Notes under the pieces: model-generated
What the model was told of the DNA's origin: nothing
Databases searched by the model: none
What the model saw: only the letters and a program-made list of their open reading frames with translations
DNA from: Pseudomonas phage Baskent_P6
Sequence record: PQ415074.1
Reading direction: 5' to 3' (one strand)
DNA: 64,000 nt
In this document: positions 48,234 to 57,435 of the stretch, one piece after another
Layout: every line of letters begins with the position of its first letter
How positions within the stretch are numbered: the stretch's first letter is position 1
Translations under genes and position numbers: made by a program

Positions 48234-48529
48234 GTCGGTATCTCCGCAGGACCGGTGATGTGCTCCGCGTGCAGAGCGCGCATTCCCAGCCTGGCGCCCT
48301 TCGAATCCATCCAGCCGGGCAGCAGGGCGATTGCCTGGCAGGTGAGCAGCTTCTGCAGGTCGAGCCGCAGGTAGTCGGCCCACTCGAAGCCCGGAATCTC
48401 GCCGTGCTCGGCGGGGTTCTCGACCTGGTACCCGAGGCTGCGCAGGCGCGCGGCTTCGGCGTGGAACGCGGGGAAGTTGTGTTCCGGCAGGCCGGTCATG
48501 GGGCCGGCGAGGTAGATGCGCTGGGTCAT
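48230..48529 (-). CDS. DUF4406-like (nucleoside 2-deoxyribosyltransferase-like) protein
   Basis: MTQRIYLAGPMTGLPEHNFPAF...QAIALLPGWMDSKGARLGMRA matches the DUF4406 pattern; internal ATG of track ORF 48230..49096. Confidence 0.55.
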   Translation of the reverse strand: MTQRIYLAGPMTGLPEHNFPAFHAEAARLRSLGYQVENPAEHGEIPGFEWADYLRLDLQKLLTCQAIALLPGWMDSKGARLGMRALHAEHITGPAEIPT

Positions 48530-49392
48530 TCTCCGCGCGCCTCCTGAATATCGGCCTCGGTCAGGGTGTAACTGGTAACCCCGTCGACGAGATAGAAGTC
48601 CGGCGGGCAGTTCGCCCTGGCCCAGCCGCGCAGGAAGCTTCCCAGGTCGGCCATTGCTTCCTTGCTGGCCTGCGGCCAGTCGTCCACCCATTCCCCGGCA
48701 TCGCTGCAACTGGCGTTGTCGTTCATGCTGCTGATCAGGCTGTCCGGATCGACGAAGCCAGCGGGATCGAGGTAGCGCTTCGTTCCGAAGTACACGGTGG
48801 AGCCTGCCTGCAACTCGTCGTAGCTGGTGATGAGTTCTGAGAGATCCTCGTTGTGCCAGTCCTCTCCGTTGGCGCTCCAGGTGATTTCCCCTGACCGTGG
48901 ATCGCTGTAAGCGACGGCCGGAGCATCCCCAGTGCGGTCGTGCTCGATCGCCTTGTCGACTGGCACCGTGCGCCAGTCCGGCCAGGTGCGCGCCTCGTTC
49001 TTCGTCTGCTTGGCGACCAGGGCTTCGATGATCTGCGCGGGAGTGGCGCCGGTGCGCCAAGCCCCGTCCAGGGCCAGGATCACAACGTCGATCCACTCGG
49101 CCAGGTCGCCAGGGTTCTCCTCGATCTCGCGCAACTCCTTCCGGATGTGGTCGACGACGCCAGCGGCGCGCGACCCAGGCCCGAACGTGCGTTCGCTGAA
49201 ACGGCGCTGGCGCTCCAGGTGCAGGTCGAGACGGAACACGTCCAGCCGCCCGCGGGCGCGGCCAAGCGCGTAAGCCTCGTCCTGGAACATCAGGAGGTGA
49301 TCGCTGGTGCGTCCGGTCAGGACATTGAGATAGCGGCTGTGGAGCGCCTCAATTGCAAGATGATCGTCGGGGTGGTTCTGGTTCGTCGTCAT
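48526..49392 (-). CDS. MazG/DUF550-like nucleotide pyrophosphohydrolase with C-terminal extension
   Basis: DLAEWIDVVILALDGAWRTGATPAQIIEALVAKQTKNEARTWPD resembles phage MazG-like/DUF550 proteins; ATG 49392 (MTTNQNH). Confidence 0.5.
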   Translation of the reverse strand: MTTNQNHPDDHLAIEALHSRYLNVLTGRTSDHLLMFQDEAYALGRARGRLDVFRLDLHLERQRRFSERTFGPGSRAAGVVDHIRKELREIEENPGDLAEWIDVVILALDGAWRTGATPAQIIEALVAKQTKNEARTWPDWRTVPVDKAIEHDRTGDAPAVAYSDPRSGEITWSANGEDWHNEDLSELITSYDELQAGSTVYFGTKRYLDPAGFVDPDSLISSMNDNASCSDAGEWVDDWPQASKEAMADLGSFLRGWARANCPPDFYLVDGVTSYTLTEADIQEARGE

Positions 49393-49840
49393 GGCTGCAC
49401 CTGCTGCTGTGAGCGGTTCCAGGGATGCCGGCGCCCGGGCTTGGGCTGCTGGCGCGGGGTGATGAGGGCGTCGCGCAGGCTCATGCCGGCGGCGACGCGG
49501 CGGCGGACGGTCGTTGCGTGGACCGGGCTCTGGAAGTGCTCCACCAGCTCGGCGATGGTCCCGGTCACGCCGTCGACGGTGAAGCGTCGGCTCTCGCTCC
49601 AGCGTTCGTGCGCGCGCTCCAGCGCTGCGGCCTGCGCCGGCGTGCAGCGTCCGCGCTTCTGCTCGTTCGCACGCTGGTGGTCGGTTGAGCATCCGCGTGC
49701 TGGCCAGGTGATCTCCGGCATCAGGGTCAGCAGCTCTCGGAACTTCCAGGGGCCCATGCCGAGCGCGTGCATGGTGGCGCGCCGGGAAAGCCCGCGCGCG
49801 GCCGCGTTGCGAATGAACTGTTCGGTGTTCACGGGTTCAC
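49389..49840 (-). CDS. Hypothetical protein with C-terminal HTH-like segment; GTG start assumed
   Basis: TTVRRRVAAGMSLRDAL; start ambiguous. Confidence 0.35.
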
Positions 49841-51637
49841 CTCCTGTTGCGCGACGCTCAACCCCACCGCTACCTGCCGCACCCAGATCGGCGTATTGCT
49901 GAGCATGAAGGTTTCGCCGGCCTCGGCCAGCAGCAGCGTTGTACCCATCACGCCGGCGATGGCCTCGGCCGCGGCCGGCGGTACGGCGTTGCCGATGCGC
50001 TCGCGCCAGTCGCTGTCGCTCAGGCCGTCGAGGATCAACTGTTCTTCCGGGTCCACCAGGCTCTGCAGCGCGGCCAACTCCAGGGTGGTGAAGGGCCGGT
50101 GCCAAGTGCCGTCCAGCGACTGGATGATGCAGGTGAGCCGGTCGTTCGCCGTCGGCATGCGCGGGTCGGCGACGCTCCACCGGCCATTGTCGTGCCGCGC
50201 GCTGGCGGATACTGCGCCGGCGGACTGGTCGAACCCGACGACACCGTAGTGCCCGCCGGTCAGGTAGGCGTCGCCCTTGGTGCGATCGAGCACGCGCGGA
50301 TCAGCGATCGACAGCGCGCCGCTGGCCACCTGCTGGGAGCCGGTGACCGTGCCGGTAGCGCTTCCCCACTCGCCGACGTGCAATTTGCGGCTGCTCGCCC
50401 CTGGGTGCCAGTTGTGGTACCTGGGATCGGCAACAGCCTGGCCTCCGGAACTGGGTGAGTGCCCGCCGGTGACGGTTCCGGCGTGGCTCCCCATGCTGAC
50501 GACGCGAAACACGTTGTTGTGCCGGACGCCGCCTGGGCGCGGGTCGGCGACGCTGAATGTGCCTTGGCCTGGCATCGTTTGCCCTGGGATAGTCGGCGCT
50601 GATTCGGCCCAGCGGATCACCCCGAACTGCTGGCCGTGGTTCCAGTTTGCGGCTTGGCGGTAGCGAGGATCGGCTACCGAAAATGCGCCGTTGGTAGGGC
50701 CGGAGCGGCCGGCGATAGTGCTGGCAGTGTCGTCCCACCCATGCACCCCCATGTAGCCGGAGCGGTACTCCGGCACGATTACCAGGTCGCGCAGGTGGCC
50801 GTCCTCGATCGCCAGCTTGTTCAGGCTCCGCCAGTCGCTGCCGGCCTCTACCAAGGCCAGGCGCACCCAGGTCTTCCAGTGCAGCGATGGGATGCGGTGC
50901 ATTGGCCCCGCGGCATCGATGTCGCCCGGCAGCGGCATGCGGCCGAGGATGTCGCCGACGGCGCGCAGGCTCTTCTTCTCTGGCTCGTACAGGAAGGGGG
51001 GCACTTTTTCGACGTGCCGCGCGACAAGCAGGAAGCGCTTCCGGGACTGCGCCAGGCCGCCGAGTTCGCCGCAGTCGTGAGTGGTTTCCGCCACTGCGTA
51101 GCCGAAGCCGCCGAGCAGGCTATTGATCTGGTCCAGCAGGTGCCGGCCGCGGCTGGCAAGGCGTGGGACGTTCTCGAAGACGATCAGCGGTACCGGGTCA
51201 TCAGCCCATGCCTCGCCCATCAGCCAGATGCAGCGCAGCGTCAACTCGTTCAGCGCCTGGTACTTTGGAGTCAGGCTCATCTTCTCCGACAGCAGGCCGC
51301 TGGCGCCTTTGCAGGGCGAGCTGATGAACACGGCATCCGGCCGGCGCCCGCCGGCGGCGCGACGAATATCCTCCGGAGTCGCCTCCCGCCAACCGGCGGG
51401 CGGCTCCTTTCCATGGAAGCGGATGTATTGGTCGCGGGTGAACAGGTCCAGCAGGGTACCCGGGACACCGGCCAGGCGCTCGAAGTCGCGCAGGCCGGCC
51501 GGGTCCACGTCGATCCCGCCGAGGCAGACCCATTCAGCCTCGACGTTGCCGACCCGCGGGCGCGCCCGGTTGAAACCGGCGGCGCCGCCGCCCAGGCCGC
51601 AGCAGAAGTGGAAGTGGTACAGAGTGCGCTTGATCAT
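49829..51637 (-). CDS. DNA (cytosine-5)-methyltransferase with about 340-aa variable region holding five ADPR-containing repeats
   Basis: Motif I FCCGLGGG, IV SSPCKGAS, VI FENV, VIII QSRKR, X GNAVPP. Repeats FSVADPRY.., FSVADPRPG.., AVADPRYH.., LSIADPRVL.., WSVADPRMP.. between motifs VIII and IX (about nt 50080..50690). Confidence 0.8.
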   Translation of the reverse strand: MIKRTLYHFHFCCGLGGGAAGFNRARPRVGNVEAEWVCLGGIDVDPAGLRDFERLAGVPGTLLDLFTRDQYIRFHGKEPPAGWREATPEDIRRAAGGRRPDAVFISSPCKGASGLLSEKMSLTPKYQALNELTLRCIWLMGEAWADDPVPLIVFENVPRLASRGRHLLDQINSLLGGFGYAVAETTHDCGELGGLAQSRKRFLLVARHVEKVPPFLYEPEKKSLRAVGDILGRMPLPGDIDAAGPMHRIPSLHWKTWVRLALVEAGSDWRSLNKLAIEDGHLRDLVIVPEYRSGYMGVHGWDDTASTIAGRSGPTNGAFSVADPRYRQAANWNHGQQFGVIRWAESAPTIPGQTMPGQGTFSVADPRPGGVRHNNVFRVVSMGSHAGTVTGGHSPSSGGQAVADPRYHNWHPGASSRKLHVGEWGSATGTVTGSQQVASGALSIADPRVLDRTKGDAYLTGGHYGVVGFDQSAGAVSASARHDNGRWSVADPRMPTANDRLTCIIQSLDGTWHRPFTTLELAALQSLVDPEEQLILDGLSDSDWRERIGNAVPPAAAEAIAGVMGTTLLLAEAGETFMLSNTPIWVRQVAVGLSVAQQEVNP

Positions 51638-54264
51638 GCGGCGGGTTCCTTATGGATAATGTCGGCCTCGGCCTCGAGCAGGGCGAACAGGTCGGGCATG
51701 GCCATCTCTTCCTCGGCAGACTTGCAATAGCCGGCACCGTCCAGGAAGTAGCGGGAGTTCAGTTCGTGGGCGCGGGCTCTGCGCTTGAGCTTCAGCGCGC
51801 AGTACGGGACGGTCATGATCCCGCCGAAGGGATCGAAGACCAGGTCTCCTTCCATGGAGTACTGCACGATGGCCCGGTCGACGATGTCGAACTGCAGCGG
51901 GCACAGGTGCATTTCCTGGCCCTTGCTGTACTGCTGGGCGTTGAGCGTCCGCATGCGGGCGACGTCGGTCCATACGTCCGGGTGCCAGGACTGCGGTGGC
52001 AGCAGCATGAAGCCGGTGGGCAGCTTCCCGGTGACCTCCAGCGATTCGCCGATGCGGACGTGGTGCTCGAAGTCGTAGACGGTGGACAGGCTGTAGTCGC
52101 GGTACAGCTTGAACATCACGTCGTGCGGAATGCCTTCGAAGTCCGCTTCAGTCAGCGGACGGTTGCCGTTGCTGCGGGTGAAGCCGTGGGCGTCCAACTG
52201 CCAGCGTGCCCGGCTGTAGCCGTTGCCGCGGGTGACGGTGAGCTTCTTGTCCATGGCGAAGGGGACGATCTGGCCGTCTTCGTCGATGCACAGGGGCTTG
52301 GCCTTGACCACCGGAATGTCGCCGTAGGCGTTGGAGTTGTCGGTGGGGGGCTTGCGGAAGATCAGCAGGTACTCGGGCATGCCGACACCCATCTTGGTGC
52401 CGTCCTTGCACTGTTCCGTCCACGAGAGGCGGTAGGTCTGGGCGTTCTCGCGAACCACGTCGGTGACGATGGTCTTCATGCCCATATAGGCCCAGCCATG
52501 CTTGACGAAGGCTCGAGTCACTTCCATGTGGAAGGGGTAGACGGTCTGGAAGCCAAGGCCGGTCATTCCGCCGGGAATGATGCGATCCTTCACGTGGATG
52601 CAGGCCAGACGCCCGGGGATGGTCACGCGCAGCAGTTCCGGGATCAGATAGTCCATCTGCTCGAAGAAGTGCGCGTTGTCGTCGGTGTGGCCGAAGTCGG
52701 CGTAGTTCGGCGAGTACTCGTACTGGGTGCTGAAGGGGATGCTGGTGATGGTCAAGCCGACGCTGTTGCTTTCCATGCGGCAGGTTTCGAGCACGGTGTC
52801 GTTGTTGACGATGGTGTAGTCCTTGCCCTTGATCTCGACGCGCTCCACGCCCATGGAGCGGGTGAGGGTCTGTGCCATGGCGGCCACGGACAGGCCGTAC
52901 TGCTTGATGATCTCGGTCATGCGCTGAACCATGGTGTTGTGCTGCTGCCACTTCCGTTCGAGTTGGCGGCGGATGTCGCGCTCGGCCTCGGTATAGATCA
53001 GGTCGATGCGCACACGGCCTGTCTGCAGGAATCGGTGCAGGCGGTGAATGGACTGGATGAAGTCGTTGAACTTGAAGCCGATGCCCAGGTAGATGGCCCA
53101 CGAGCAGTGGCGCTGGAAGTTGCAGCCGCTGCCTGCGATCACTGGTTTGGCAGCCAGTTCCTGGAACTCGCCGTCGCTGAACTGGACAATCGCGCGCTCG
53201 CGCTCCTCCAGATCCTGGGCGCCGTAGACGCTGATGGCGGTGGGGATAGCGGCCTCGATCGCGTGGCGTTCCGCCTCGAGGTCATGCCAGATGATCCGGT
53301 GAGCATCTGGAGCCTCGGCCCGGATCTCCATCAGTTTGGCGATCCGGGCAGGAAGGCTCTCGCGCTTCTCTGCGGCGGCGTCCTGCACGCCAATGGCGGT
53401 GTTGCGAAGCAGGCGGCCCTGGCCGTTACGCTCATGGCCAGCGTGCGAGTGGTCGGACGGTACTTCGTGCCAGCGGATGTCCAGTTCCGGTAGCGCGTAG
53501 CCTTCGTCGCTGAACCCGAGGTCGCTGGGGCGCTGAACGAAGATCGCCCAGGATGCCACCCACATCCAGAACTCGCCCTCTTTGTGGGCATGGATGGTGA
53601 GTTGGTCGGCCTTCTCAGAGTTGCGTTTGAAGAACCTGGTCTTGGCCTGGCCGACATCCATCACGCCGAGGAAGGCCGAGTAAGCCAGTAGCTCGATGTA
53701 TTCGTTCGGGCTTGGCGTGGCAGTGGCCACGTACCGGTACCGGACGCCATCGCCGCGGACGCCGGCGGCGCGATCGTCACCAGCGAACAGAGCCATGAAC
53801 TCGCGGAACGTCTTGCTGCCGCCGAAGCCGCGAAGGCAACTGGCTTCGTCCAGGCTTGCCACGCTGAACCGGCGAGGGTCGAGCTTGCCGTCGCGGACGG
53901 TCTCGTAATTGGTCAGGTAGATGGTGGCGGGGTCGTCTACCTCGTCGAAACTGCGGATGAACCGGACGGTGATGCCGAGCATCGCGGCGTCGCGGTAGAA
54001 CTCCTGGCGCACACCCAGCGGAATGGTGATGAGAGCGTAGCCGCCGGCTAGGTCGCGGGTGACGCGCACCACCTCAAGCTGCATTACCGACTTGCCCAGG
54101 CCGAAGGCCGCGAAACAGGCCGCGCGGCCTTGGCGCACCAGCCAGGTGGCGATGGCGCGCTGGTGCGGCTTGAGCAGGGGGTTGAAGGCCGAGGGCTCCA
54201 CTTCGAAGCCTTTCGGCTCGGCGAGGCGGACCTTCGCTCGCAAGAAGTCTTCATAGGCGGTCAT
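51634..54264 (-). CDS. SF2 helicase fused to a beta-class N6/N4 DNA methyltransferase domain
   Basis: Helicase motif I AAFGLGKS, II LDEAS, III TATPSPN, VI QSIHRLHRF (nt about 54120..52980). C-terminal MTase motif IFRKPPTD then FDPFGGIMTVPYCA (nt about 52350..51800). ATGA-coupled to the C5-MTase gene. Confidence 0.75.
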   Translation of the reverse strand: MTAYEDFLRAKVRLAEPKGFEVEPSAFNPLLKPHQRAIATWLVRQGRAACFAAFGLGKSVMQLEVVRVTRDLAGGYALITIPLGVRQEFYRDAAMLGITVRFIRSFDEVDDPATIYLTNYETVRDGKLDPRRFSVASLDEASCLRGFGGSKTFREFMALFAGDDRAAGVRGDGVRYRYVATATPSPNEYIELLAYSAFLGVMDVGQAKTRFFKRNSEKADQLTIHAHKEGEFWMWVASWAIFVQRPSDLGFSDEGYALPELDIRWHEVPSDHSHAGHERNGQGRLLRNTAIGVQDAAAEKRESLPARIAKLMEIRAEAPDAHRIIWHDLEAERHAIEAAIPTAISVYGAQDLEERERAIVQFSDGEFQELAAKPVIAGSGCNFQRHCSWAIYLGIGFKFNDFIQSIHRLHRFLQTGRVRIDLIYTEAERDIRRQLERKWQQHNTMVQRMTEIIKQYGLSVAAMAQTLTRSMGVERVEIKGKDYTIVNNDTVLETCRMESNSVGLTITSIPFSTQYEYSPNYADFGHTDDNAHFFEQMDYLIPELLRVTIPGRLACIHVKDRIIPGGMTGLGFQTVYPFHMEVTRAFVKHGWAYMGMKTIVTDVVRENAQTYRLSWTEQCKDGTKMGVGMPEYLLIFRKPPTDNSNAYGDIPVVKAKPLCIDEDGQIVPFAMDKKLTVTRGNGYSRARWQLDAHGFTRSNGNRPLTEADFEGIPHDVMFKLYRDYSLSTVYDFEHHVRIGESLEVTGKLPTGFMLLPPQSWHPDVWTDVARMRTLNAQQYSKGQEMHLCPLQFDIVDRAIVQYSMEGDLVFDPFGGIMTVPYCALKLKRRARAHELNSRYFLDGAGYCKSAEEEMAMPDLFALLEAEADIIHKEPAA

Positions 54265-54532
54265 GCTGTTTCCTTGAGGAACGGCACGCACCGGACGCCG
54301 CCCTGCCTGACAGGGCGGCCCACGAGGCATGGTTGAATCGCCCACAGGGCGGCGTCCGGTGCGTGCTGGAAGAGAAAGCGCCCCGGGTGGGGCGCTGTAT
54401 CGAGGGTCAGGTCGCAGCCTGGAGCTGGTGACCACGACCTAGAGGAATAAACTGAGCTTGAAATGCAGATCGATTGCCCTAAAACTCGATGGTGAAGTCA
54501 CGGTGCTATTACTTGACCAACTAGGGGGATCT

Positions 54533-54847
54533 ATGCCTATCAAGATGAATCTGTCTGGCCTGAAGCGTCTGCAGCAAAACCTCAAACAACTCGATGGCAC
54601 GCATCAAGTGCCGTTTAGCGAGATCATGAGTCCCAGCTTTATTTCGTCTAACAGCAAGTTTGCGAATTTCGACGAGTTTGCTCGTGGTGCCGGTTATAAG
54701 GTTGAAACTGCGGAAGATCTACGGGCGATTCCAGACGAGCCATGGGACGCTTATGTCCGTAGTGAGACTCCTTTCGAGAGTTGGGCAGAAATGCTCAAGG
54801 CCGGCATAGTCGCGCATGCCAAGCGCTCACTTCAAAAGGGGTTGTAA
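54533..54847 (+). CDS. Hypothetical 104-aa protein on a low-GC moron, opposite in orientation to the early operon
   Basis: RBS aactagggggatct before ATG 54533. Local GC about 48%. Followed by hairpin at 54900..54926. Confidence 0.5.
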   Translation: MPIKMNLSGLKRLQQNLKQLDGTHQVPFSEIMSPSFISSNSKFANFDEFARGAGYKVETAEDLRAIPDEPWDAYVRSETPFESWAEMLKAGIVAHAKRSLQKGL

Positions 54848-54899
54848 CTCGCCGTCTCTACTGAAACCGAATGCTGCACGTGTGGCCTTTCTCCGCCCA

Positions 54900-54926
54900 G
54901 AACGCTCGGATGTGCCCGAGCGTTTC
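54900..54926. terminator. Hairpin GAACGCTCGG-atgtg-CCGAGCGTTtC between the convergent moron and rdgC genes
   Basis: Inverted repeat read directly; no strong T-run, so only a putative bidirectional terminator. Confidence 0.35.
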
Positions 54927-54952
54927 GTTCTGCATCGTCGAGGGGGCTGACT

Positions 54953-56173
54953 TCACGACAGAACCTCGCGAGATCCGTCTCCCTTCATCGGCCCGACGAT
55001 ATCCAGCAATTCCATTTCCTCGACCAGGCGGGCCGCGCGGTTGTAGCCGATCTTGAGTTTGCGTTGGATGGCGGAGATCGAAGCGCGGCGCGTCTCGTGG
55101 ACGAAGCGGATAGCCTCCTTCAGCAGCGGGTCGTCACCGGGCCCGTTGGCCTGGGGGATATGGAGGGTCGCGGTGATACCGTCGCGCATCCCTAGCGCCT
55201 TGGTTACGTCGATGCCGGCGCCAGGCGCTGGCTCGGGCTCATCGTACGCACCGTCGATTCCCTGCGGGAACTCTTCGCCGCCCAAGGCCTCCAGCAGTTG
55301 CGGTATGAACTCGCGGAAGGTGAGCATCATCAGGACGAAGCTGGCGTCGAGCTGGCCGGCGGCATCGTCGCCGCCGTCCTTCTCAGCCTGCTCCTGCAGC
55401 AGGTCGTCGAAGCGCAGGCGCTTGATCGCCAGCTTGGTGTCGAGCACGAAGCTGAGCTTGTCCGACCAGGCCAGGGCCACCTGGGTGACCAGCTTCCCGG
55501 AGGACAGGTGTAACTGCATTTCCTCGCTGGTCATGTCCTGGCGGGTGGCCACGACCTTGCCGCCGTCCTCGTGGGTGTCGGCGAGTACCGCGCTGTCCAG
55601 CACGTGGAAGTCGCCGCCGGCGGCCTGGTCCTTCATCCAGTCGGTGAGGGTTGCACTGGGCGCGACCTTCACGCTGAGCGGGCGTACCGGCAGCGAGCCC
55701 AGGGCTTCGCGCAGGGTGGACAGTAGGTCCTCGGCCTTCTTTGCGCTGTTGGTGTCGATCAGCACCAGGCCTTGCTCAAGGTCCAGCGCGGCGAACGTGC
55801 TGGACTTGCGAATGAAAGCCCGTGGCAGCAGCGTCTGGACGATCTCGTCCTTGAGCTGGTCGCGCTCCTTCTTGAACACCTTGCGCATCTGGTCGGTTTC
55901 GATTTGCTCGACCTTCTCGGCCAGTTCGTCGCGCACTACGCTGCCGGGCAGCAGGCGCTCCTGCTTTCGGGTGGAGATGAGCAGGAAGCCGCGGCTGGCG
56001 TGCACCAGCGGTGCGTTCGGGCCCTTGCCGAACGGAGCGGCGAAGCCGTAGGTGGTCAGTTCCTGGCTTTCGCAGGGGCGTGCCGGCTTGCTGGCCAGGG
56101 CCTGCTCCAGCGCCGCGGCGTCGATTTGCAGGTCTTGGGTGAGGCGGTAGATTTGCAGGTTGCGGAACCACAT
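54953..56173 (-). CDS. rdgC: RdgC recombination-associated protein fused to a C-terminal FtsK-gamma (KOPS-binding winged-helix) domain
   Basis: N-terminus [11 protein letters not shown]... and length track E. coli RdgC over about 300 aa. Extra C-terminal about 60 aa [58 protein letters not shown] closely matches the FtsK gamma domain (nt about 54953..55135). Confidence 0.8.
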   Translation of the reverse strand: MWFRNLQIYRLTQDLQIDAAALEQALASKPARPCESQELTTYGFAAPFGKGPNAPLVHASRGFLLISTRKQERLLPGSVVRDELAEKVEQIETDQMRKVFKKERDQLKDEIVQTLLPRAFIRKSSTFAALDLEQGLVLIDTNSAKKAEDLLSTLREALGSLPVRPLSVKVAPSATLTDWMKDQAAGGDFHVLDSAVLADTHEDGGKVVATRQDMTSEEMQLHLSSGKLVTQVALAWSDKLSFVLDTKLAIKRLRFDDLLQEQAEKDGGDDAAGQLDASFVLMMLTFREFIPQLLEALGGEEFPQGIDGAYDEPEPAPGAGIDVTKALGMRDGITATLHIPQANGPGDDPLLKEAIRFVHETRRASISAIQRKLKIGYNRAARLVEEMELLDIVGPMKGDGSREVLS

Positions 56174-56199
56174 GGGGTGTCTCCTGGGTGGCCTGGCGC

Positions 56200-56697
56200 T
56201 TACACGAGACGCCAGAGCAGGCGATAGGGGTCATCGAACGGAATGTCGTCGTCGTAGCTGTCGTAGTCGGTTGCCGGTTGCGGCTGGTGGTGAGTGGTCG
56301 GCCGCGGTGGCGGCTCGCGGCCAGGGCCACGCGACTGGCCTGCCTGCTCAGGCTTGCCGCCGAGCAGTTGCATGTTGCCGTTGATGTCCACCACTACCTC
56401 GGTGCTGTAGTGGTCCTGGCCGTCCTGGCCCTGCCACTTGCGGGTGCGTAGGCTGCCTTCGATGTAGACCTGGGAGCCCTTTCGCAGGTATTGCGCTGCG
56501 ATTTCGGCCAGCCGGCCAAAGAGCACGACCCGGTGCCACTCGGTGCGCTCCTGCTGCTGGCCGGTCTGCTTGTCTTTCCAGCTTTCGCTAGTGGCCAGGC
56601 TGAGGGACGTAACTGCCTTCCCGCTGGGGGTAGATCTTGCGTCTGGATCCTGGCCCAGATGGCCGACCAGGATTACCTTGTTCACTCCGCGTGCCAT
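56200..56697 (-). CDS. ssb: Single-stranded DNA-binding protein
   Basis: OB-fold N-terminus [29 protein letters not shown]...; acidic C-terminal tail ending DDDIPF. Confidence 0.9.
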   Translation of the reverse strand: MARGVNKVILVGHLGQDPDARSTPSGKAVTSLSLATSESWKDKQTGQQQERTEWHRVVLFGRLAEIAAQYLRKGSQVYIEGSLRTRKWQGQDGQDHYSTEVVVDINGNMQLLGGKPEQAGQSRGPGREPPPRPTTHHQPQPATDYDSYDDDIPFDDPYRLLWRLV

Positions 56698-56700
56698 GGC

Positions 56701-57306
56701 TCAGGCCTCCGCCTCAGCCGGCGGCACCGAACTGGCCGGCGCCACATCGGCTCCCTGCAAAGCGAAGTAGATGCGGGCGCAAGCTTGGGCGTCCGGCATC
56801 GCGCGGTGAGCCTCCACCAGGTCCTCCCCGGTGAAGTGCTTGTATGCCTCGGCCAAGGTCGGCAGCTTGTTGCGGGGAAGCGCGACCTGTGCGCGGGAGC
56901 GATAGCAGGTGCAGAACTTCTCACCCGATTCCTTGAAGGCGTTGGCCGCATCCTCGTCCTGGTAGCGCATCAGCGCGATGCGAGTGATACGGTCGTCGAA
57001 GCTGATGTTGTGCGCCGCGCGGCGGGCTGCGCGGCCGTTGATCGCAAGAAAGCCCTCCAGAGCCTCGGCCTCGCTGATGCCAACATCCATCGCCTGTTCG
57101 TGGCTGATGCCGTGGATCGCGGTCATTTCGGGGGTGATTTCCCAGCCGTTGGGTCGCACGATCGCCTCAAAGCGATCGATGGTGTTGCCGGCGGCATCGC
57201 AGAGCAGAGCGGCAACTTCCACGATGTGGGGCTGGCACGGGTCTTCACTGGGCAACTTCCACTCGGGAATACCCGTCGTTTCGAAGTCGAAAATGTTGGT
57301 GAGCAT
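56701..57306 (-). CDS. DnaQ-like 3'-5' exonuclease (DEDDh)
   Basis: Exo I FDFETTG, Exo III HRAMPDAQA. Confidence 0.8.
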   Translation of the reverse strand: MLTNIFDFETTGIPEWKLPSEDPCQPHIVEVAALLCDAAGNTIDRFEAIVRPNGWEITPEMTAIHGISHEQAMDVGISEAEALEGFLAINGRAARRAAHNISFDDRITRIALMRYQDEDAANAFKESGEKFCTCYRSRAQVALPRNKLPTLAEAYKHFTGEDLVEAHRAMPDAQACARIYFALQGADVAPASSVPPAEAEA

Positions 57307-57435
57307 GGTCTGTCCTCAGTGGTTGGGCATCCGGGTGCGCGCTCGATGAACGCGCACCCGGATGCCGCACCGGCGGCGGGCGCCGGCGCAGGCGGTTCGG
57401 AGGGATAGGGAGTCGGGGTCAGGCGGAGGGAATGG

